From Bacteroidia bacterium (lineage in GTDB: Bacteria > Bacteroidota > Bacteroidia > Chitinophagales > Saprospiraceae), in NCBI GenBank assembly GCA_018680005.1, contig JAHHJQ010000378.1, forward strand, positions 63-64,062: a DNA stretch of 64,000 nt, written 5' to 3'. The position numbers and the translations under genes are program-made. Numbering within the stretch: the stretch's first letter is position 1; each line of letters starts with the position of its first letter. Below are positions 58,590 to 64,000 of this stretch, piece by piece. The notes under the pieces are model-generated. The model worked only from the letters and a program-made list of their open reading frames with translations, was not told the origin of the DNA and searched no databases.

Positions 58590-60698
58590 ATGTCAATGCA
58601 AAAAACTCTCGAAACCTCTATAGAATTTCTCAAAGGAGTAGGACCTGCTCGCGCCGAGCTATTAAGGAAGGAGTTGGACGTAAAGACATTTAATGATCTT
58701 CTATGGAAGTTGCCGTTTCGATATATCAATAAAGGAGAAATTTCTCTAATTAAGGACATTAGATCATTTGATGATTATGTTCAGATCAAAGGGATTCTCG
58801 AGCGAATATACACACAAGGAGAAGGCAGAAGAATTCGTTTACATGCCATTCTTAGAGACGGTTCAGGGTTCATAGAGTTGGTTTGGTTTCAAGGAGTCAA
58901 ATGGATTAAGAATTCACTTCTAAAGGGAAAGGAATATATCGTCTATGGCAAGATCAATAATTTCAAAGGTCAGATTAGTATCCCGCATCCTGAACTCGAG
59001 CTTTCATCCAATGCATCGATCACACCAACACTAGAACCCGTTTATCACGGAACGGAAACTTTGACAAAAAAAGGGTTGGATAATCGTTCAAGGCGTATTC
59101 TAATGCGCAATCTTCTTGAAAAGGTCATTTCTTCTGATATACCTGAAATCATTCCAACTAATATTTTGAAGCAACTTCGGCTTATGCCCCGATATGATGC
59201 TATCAAAGCAATTCATTTCCCGAAAGATTCGAATGAATTGAAAATTGCTGCTTTTCGAATAAAATTTGAAGAATTCTATTTGATGCAACTCAGGCTGCTA
59301 AGAATGAAGGTTAAAAGAACAGAACAATTTGGAGGATTTGTATTTCCCAAGGTTGGGCATCTGTTCAATACTTTCTATAAGACGTACTTACCATTCGAGT
59401 TGACGAAAGCACAAAAAAAGGTCATTAAAGAAATTCGCAAAAATTTGGGTTCGGGGGTTCAGATGAATCGATTATTACAAGGAGATGTGGGAAGCGGAAA
59501 AACTATAGTTAGCTTGCTTACCATGATACTGGCAATTGACAATGATTTCCAGGCAGTAATGATGGCACCAACACAGGTATTAGCACAACAACACTTCCGC
59601 AGTCTATCCACATATTTGCAAGACATGGATATTCAAATTGCTTTTCTAACTGGCAATGTCAAAGGAAAGCAACGGAAACAGGTCCTTGAGGGTATTGGCT
59701 CAGGAGCGATTAATATCCTAGTTGGAACACATGCTATTTTGGAAGATCCGGTCCAATTCAAAAATCTTGGAATTGCCATAACAGACGAACAGCACAGATT
59801 TGGGGTAAAGCAACGTGCGAAACTTTGGTCTAAGTCGACACCTAACCCACCACATATTCTGGTTATGACAGCAACACCAATTCCCAGAACCTTAGCAATG
59901 ACTTTGTATGGTGATCTGGATATCAGTGTAATCGATGAACTTCCTCCGGGTCGTAAAGAAATTATAACCATGCATAAGTCTGAAAGTAGTCGATTATGGG
60001 TTATCGGGTTAATGAAAAAAGAAATTGCAAAAGGGCGTCAAGTATATATCGTTTATCCACTCATTCAGGAATCCGAGAAAATGGATTTGTTGAATCTTCA
60101 ACAAGGTTATGATACTTTGAGGAGAGATTTTCCTATTTCTCAATATCAAATAAGTGTTGTTCATGGTCAAATGAAAGCAGAACAAAAAGATTTTGAAATG
60201 TCTCGGTTCATCAAGAATGAAACTCAGATAATGATAGCTACTACAGTGATTGAAGTTGGTGTAGATATTCCGAATGCCAGTTTGATGGTTATAGAAAACG
60301 CGGAACGCTTTGGTCTTTCCCAATTACATCAATTACGAGGGAGGGTTGGAAGAAGTGGTCAACAATCCTATTGTATTCTATTGACTTCGTACCGATTATC
60401 AAAAGAATCAAAGTTTCGCCTCAAGACTATGGTAGAAACAAACGACGGTTTCAAAATTGCTGAGGCAGATTTAAAACTAAGAGGCCCGGGAAACATTGAA
60501 GGACTTCAACAAAGTGGGATAGTAGACTTTCAGCTGGCTGATATAGCAAAAGACAACAAAATACTGTTGGAAGCACGTCACCAGGCAATGCAAACACTGG
60601 AATTAGATCCACATCTTAACATGCCACAGCACCATCATCTTGCAGTATTAATGAAAAAAATGGATCAAAAATTCAAGTTGTGGTCGAAAGTAAGCTAA
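58590..60698 (+). CDS. recG: ATP-dependent DNA helicase RecG
   Basis: Wedge-domain N-terminus (LKGVGPARAELL), helicase motifs I GDVGSGKT, II TDEQHRFG, III MTATPIPRT and VI QLRGRVGR. Confidence 0.96.
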   Translation: MSMQKTLETSIEFLKGVGPARAELLRKELDVKTFNDLLWKLPFRYINKGEISLIKDIRSFDDYVQIKGILERIYTQGEGRRIRLHAILRDGSGFIELVWFQGVKWIKNSLLKGKEYIVYGKINNFKGQISIPHPELELSSNASITPTLEPVYHGTETLTKKGLDNRSRRILMRNLLEKVISSDIPEIIPTNILKQLRLMPRYDAIKAIHFPKDSNELKIAAFRIKFEEFYLMQLRLLRMKVKRTEQFGGFVFPKVGHLFNTFYKTYLPFELTKAQKKVIKEIRKNLGSGVQMNRLLQGDVGSGKTIVSLLTMILAIDNDFQAVMMAPTQVLAQQHFRSLSTYLQDMDIQIAFLTGNVKGKQRKQVLEGIGSGAINILVGTHAILEDPVQFKNLGIAITDEQHRFGVKQRAKLWSKSTPNPPHILVMTATPIPRTLAMTLYGDLDISVIDELPPGRKEIITMHKSESSRLWVIGLMKKEIAKGRQVYIVYPLIQESEKMDLLNLQQGYDTLRRDFPISQYQISVVHGQMKAEQKDFEMSRFIKNETQIMIATTVIEVGVDIPNASLMVIENAERFGLSQLHQLRGRVGRSGQQSYCILLTSYRLSKESKFRLKTMVETNDGFKIAEADLKLRGPGNIEGLQQSGIVDFQLADIAKDNKILLEARHQAMQTLELDPHLNMPQHHHLAVLMKKMDQKFKLWSKVS

Positions 60699-60780
60699 AT
60701 GTGAATTCATCCATCAAAAGCTAGTTTTAGTAGAACTGAGTTGATTAAGACCCAATTCGTGTAGTAATTTCTCCGTTAAA

Positions 60781-61062
60781 TTGCAACCTATGGCTACAAG
60801 AACAAAAATTACACCTTTGGCGAAGTTCATAATCATGTTGATTGTCGTGAGCCCTCTGGCATATTTAGGTGCTTCTTACTATAATGGAGAAGATGGCCTT
60901 CAGAATATCAGGGAATTTATCTCAAAAAAGGAAAATGTCGAAACTGCTAATGAAAATCTTCAAGAAAAGTCTAAAAAGGAGTTGATCGAAACGATTGAGT
61001 TAATGGAAATGAAAATTGATCAGCTTGAGCAGCGAATTGAACAATTAGAAAACGCACAATAA
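60781..61062 (+). CDS. Small membrane-anchored coiled-coil protein, hypothetical
   Basis: One TM helix (LAKFIIMLIVVSPLAYLGASYY) is followed by a heptad-like acidic helix (ELIETIELMEMKIDQLEQRIEQLENAQ). The track start is TTG at 60781; the first ATG is at 60790. Confidence 0.5.
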   Translation: MQPMATRTKITPLAKFIIMLIVVSPLAYLGASYYNGEDGLQNIREFISKKENVETANENLQEKSKKELIETIELMEMKIDQLEQRIEQLENAQ

Positions 61063-61074
61063 AACTAAAAGTAC

Positions 61075-61443
61075 ATGATATCTTATATATCCTTAGCCGG
61101 TATGGAAGGGCAAAGCTGGATTACCATAATACTCGTTAATGCAGTTGCCTTAATTCTTTCTGCTTCAGTTCTTGATGGTGTTGAAATTAAAGGATTTGGC
61201 AAATCCATCATGGTGGCAATTGTCCTTGCCCTTCTCAATGCCACATTAGGTGCTCTATTAAAAGTTCTTACTTTCCCAATAAGCGTTTTAACACTCGGAT
61301 TATTCACCTTTGTTATCAATGCTTTCATTTTGAAAATCACCGCCAACCTTTTAAGTGGGTTTTATATTCGATCTTTTGGTCGAGCATTTCTATTATCCTT
61401 AATTCTGGCGCTCATTAATGCCTTGTTATTTGCAATTTTCTAA
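61075..61443 (+). CDS. Four-TM membrane protein of the Phage_holin_4_2 / YvlD-like family
   Basis: 122 aa with ILVNAVALILSASVLDGVEIKGFGKSIMVAIVLALLNATLGALLKVLTFP and a further hydrophobic repeat, resembling this family. Confidence 0.65.
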   Translation: MISYISLAGMEGQSWITIILVNAVALILSASVLDGVEIKGFGKSIMVAIVLALLNATLGALLKVLTFPISVLTLGLFTFVINAFILKITANLLSGFYIRSFGRAFLLSLILALINALLFAIF

Positions 61444-61558
61444 GGCACTACAAATTTGAATATTATAATTATTTAGAGTTTTTAAATTCCATAGTTGGAA
61501 TCACAATTTAAAAAAGCCTTTATTTGCGCTTTTGAATGATAAATACAAAGTGCCGAAG

Positions 61559-62515
61559 ATGCTCAAGATACTTGCCAACGATGGAGTCCATCCTACAGGG
61601 ATCAAATTATTAGAAGATGCTGGTCATACTGTGATAACAGAAAAAATTGCCCAAGATGATCTCCCTAATCAACTACCTAATTTTGATGTAATTCTTGTAA
61701 GAAGTGCAACAAAGGTCAGAAAAGATCTTATTGATCAATGTCCTAATCTAAAATTAATCGGTCGTGGTGGAGTTGGTCTGGATAATATTGATGTAGACTA
61801 TGCAAAATCTAAAGGCATACATGTGATCAATACTCCCGCAGCTTCTTCAAGGGCAGTAGCCGAATTGACATTTGGACATATGCTATCCCTTGCACGATTT
61901 TTACATGTCAGTAATAGAAAAATGCCAGTTTCCGGAAATTCTGAATTTGGCAAATTGAAGAAAAGCTTTGCCAAAGGATTCCAGATTTCAGGCAAGAAAC
62001 TTGGTATAATTGGATTTGGTAGAATCGGTCAGGAAACCGCTAAATTGGGAATTGGAATTGGTATGCACGTACTTCCAGTAGATCCTTACATTGCCAAAGC
62101 CACGCTTGATCTGAATTTTCCAAATAATCCTTCTCAGAACCTTCAAATGGAAATTGCAAGTGTTCCAATGGAAACTATGTTAGCCGAAGCAGATATTCTA
62201 TCCATCCATGTTCCTTTTGCAGGTGGCCAACCCATAATTGGGGCTAAGGAAATGGATAAAATGAAAGAAGGAGTTGTTATTGTGAATGCAGCCAGAGGTG
62301 GTGTCGTAGATGAACAGGCTTTATTGACTAATCTGGAGTCTGGAAAAATTAAAGCAGCAGCACTAGATGTATTTGTCGGTGAACCTGTTCCTAATCAAGC
62401 TCTTTTAGATCACCCACAAATTTCAGTTTCACCACATATTGGTGCTGCCACAGCAGAAGCACAAGAAAATATTGGAATTGAATTAGCTAGTCAAATTACT
62501 GATTTGCTTGGTTAA
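61559..62515 (+). CDS. D-isomer-specific 2-hydroxyacid dehydrogenase, short 3-phosphoglycerate dehydrogenase-like (no ACT domain)
   Basis: NAD-binding GIIGFGRIGQE, catalytic-region NAARGGVVDE and SPHIGAAT motifs. The ATG at 61559 (MLKILAND) is preferred over the TTG at 61532. Confidence 0.85.
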   Translation: MLKILANDGVHPTGIKLLEDAGHTVITEKIAQDDLPNQLPNFDVILVRSATKVRKDLIDQCPNLKLIGRGGVGLDNIDVDYAKSKGIHVINTPAASSRAVAELTFGHMLSLARFLHVSNRKMPVSGNSEFGKLKKSFAKGFQISGKKLGIIGFGRIGQETAKLGIGIGMHVLPVDPYIAKATLDLNFPNNPSQNLQMEIASVPMETMLAEADILSIHVPFAGGQPIIGAKEMDKMKEGVVIVNAARGGVVDEQALLTNLESGKIKAAALDVFVGEPVPNQALLDHPQISVSPHIGAATAEAQENIGIELASQITDLLG

Positions 62516-62790
62516 AAGTGATTTGCCATAAAGGCCTGACATCACTACAGTGAAGTATTACCATGGTCGATCGGATGCTTTCATTATCTGAAAATAAAGG
62601 TCAGAAATTTCAATAATGCGCAAAGGCGGCAACGATCTCTTGAATCTTTGATACATAGCCAATCTGTTTAGCCGATTCAAAATTTACTTTCACATCGTAC
62701 TCCATAGAATATAGCAATTTAACAGTATAGACGATATTGAATCAGTCTTAAATAAGGATAGAACTGCTTCATTCCAAATTTAAAGGATAA

Positions 62791-62822
62791 AAAAAAGCCG
62801 AAGTTATTGACTCCGGCTTTTT
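62791..62822. terminator. Rho-independent terminator after rpoC; could also act on the convergent plus-strand gene
   Basis: GCCGAAGT (62797-62804) pairs with ACTCCGGC (62810-62817) with one mismatch. It is flanked by an A8 run (a T8 tail on the minus strand) and a T5 run. Confidence 0.7.
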
Positions 62823-62841
62823 GATTCCTATTGATGGAAAA

Positions 62842-64000
62842 CTACATCTCTTCTAGACCTGCTAGAGTTGAATGTTCTTCCATCGTGTATTCTTCTTTAG
62901 CTGTAACTATAATATCATTGTAGGCTTTTCTTCCTGTACCCGCAGGTATCAGTTTACCAACGATGACATTCTCCTTAAGACCATCTAATGTGTCTTTCTT
63001 AGCAGCTATTGTTGCCGCTGATAGTACCTTTGTGGTTTCCTGGAATGAAGCCGCGCTAATCCAGCTTTTAGTTCCTAATGAAGATTTGGTAATACCTAAC
63101 AGCAAAGGACTACTGGTGGCAGGTTTCGCGTCACGAAACTGAACTATTTTCTTATCATTTCTTTTGAGATATGAATTTTCCTCTCGCAATTGTCTTAATG
63201 AAACCAATTGTCCAGCTTTTAGCGTTTCAGAATCACTTGACTCCTCAATAAACTTTTTGTCATAGATCCAATCGTTTTCCTCTTGGAAGTCCAATTTATT
63301 CACAGCCTCCCCTTCCAAGAATCTTGTATCACCGGGATCCTCTATTTGTACTCTTCTCATCATTTGACGTACTATGACTTCAATATGTTTATCATTGATA
63401 TCAATGCCTTGAGAACGATAAACTTCCTGGACACCATTTACCAGATAAGATTGAACTGCAAATGGACCTTCTATGCTCAAAATATCCTTAGGAGCAATGG
63501 CACCATTAGAAAGTCTCATACCCGCTCTTACAAAATCACCATCCTGAATTAGAATGTGTTTGGAAAGACCAATCAAATACTTTCTTATCTGTCCATCATT
63601 AGCCTCAAGGATAACCTCGCGATTACCTCGCTTAATTTTACCCAATCGGGCAATTCCATCAACTTCTGAAATTACGGCTGGGTTTGAAGGATTACGTGCT
63701 TCGAATAGCTCTGTTACTCGAGGCAAACCTCCTGTGATATCCTGAATACCACCAAGTTTTCTTGGAATCTTCACTAACTTCTCACCTGCTTTAACCGAGG
63801 CACCATCTTCTACTTGAATATAGGCTCCAACAGGCAGATTGTAATTTCTCAACTCTTCTCCATCCGCACTGACCACTTTGATCGTAGGTATACGCTTCTT
63901 GTTCTTTGATTCGATAATCACTTTCTCCGCGTATCCAGTTTGATCATCTCTTTCCATTCTGAAGGTTTGGCCTTCTTCAATAGAATCATATTGAATGATA
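62842..64000 (-). CDS. rpoC: DNA-directed RNA polymerase beta-prime subunit, C-terminal part; the gene continues beyond the right edge
   Basis: [49 protein letters not shown] and GKLIPAGTG motifs. The frame stays open upstream of the track Met at 63957 through position 64000. Confidence 0.95.
   Translation of the reverse strand, partial: IIQYDSIEEGQTFRMERDDQTGYAEKVIIESKNKKRIPTIKVVSADGEELRNYNLPVGAYIQVEDGASVKAGEKLVKIPRKLGGIQDITGGLPRVTELFEARNPSNPAVISEVDGIARLGKIKRGNREVILEANDGQIRKYLIGLSKHILIQDGDFVRAGMRLSNGAIAPKDILSIEGPFAVQSYLVNGVQEVYRSQGIDINDKHIEVIVRQMMRRVQIEDPGDTRFLEGEAVNKLDFQEENDWIYDKKFIEESSDSETLKAGQLVSLRQLREENSYLKRNDKKIVQFRDAKPATSSPLLLGITKSSLGTKSWISAASFQETTKVLSAATIAAKKDTLDGLKENVIVGKLIPAGTGRKAYNDIIVTAKEEYTMEEHSTLAGLEEM

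Noticed and set aside
61075-61443. A holin-family protein as a sign of a prophage or lysis cassette
   Set aside because: No endolysin, spanin, terminase, capsid or integrase genes are anywhere in the window. The family also includes many chromosomal membrane proteins of non-phage origin.
62610-62705. A 31-codon minus-strand ORF (MEYDVKVNFESAKQIGYVSKIQEIVAAFAHY) in the ~275-bp non-coding stretch between the dehydrogenase gene and the rpoC terminator
   Set aside because: It is too short, lies downstream of the rpoC terminator hairpin with no evident promoter or RBS-like context, and has no recognisable motif. It may be a relic or chance ORF.
1-64000. A search of the whole window for CRISPR arrays, IS elements or transposases, integrases, toxin-antitoxin pairs, reverse transcriptases and restriction-modification genes
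   Set aside because: I found no spaced direct-repeat arrays, no terminal inverted repeats bracketing ORFs, and no ORF with motifs of these families. The only tandem repeats are the in-frame coding repeats at 24151-25416.

Overview
This 64-kb window reads as a gene-dense, low-GC chromosomal segment of a gliding Bacteroidota bacterium. About 55 CDS and one tRNA-Leu(UAG) are supported. I saw no rRNA, CRISPR array, transposase, integrase, prophage block or recognisable defence island. Most genes are core housekeeping: fabH-efp-accB-accC, glyA, truA, tig-clpP-clpX, rel-fur-purA, rbfA, recG, and the 3' end of rpoC. The main lineage-specific content is type IX secretion (T9SS) and gliding. There is a complete porP/sprF-gldK-gldL-gldM-gldN core locus (47.8-53.3 kb) and a PorX-type receiver-PglZ regulator (21.0-22.6 kb). 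At least three predicted T9SS cargo proteins are present, one with a type A C-terminal domain (CTD) and two with type B CTDs. I could not demonstrate a clearly novel multi-gene system from sequence alone. The best candidates for follow-up are: (1) an AT-rich 1113-aa orphan ORF behind the longest non-coding gap; (2) a metal ABC permease fused in frame to a DtxR/MntR-type repressor, YtgCR-like, with no ATPase or binding-protein genes nearby and an internal G8 tract; (3) a peptidoglycan-binding protein built from about 17 copies of a 23-residue repeat; (4) a four-gene glycosyltransferase operon ending in a methyltransferase that appears to be exported; (5) a RimK ligase paired with an M14-like deacylase. 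The supplied ORF track writes TTG/GTG starts as M and takes the longest ORF, so I trimmed several N-termini (truA, purA, rbfA and others). All family assignments come from motif and family recognition by eye; no searches were run.
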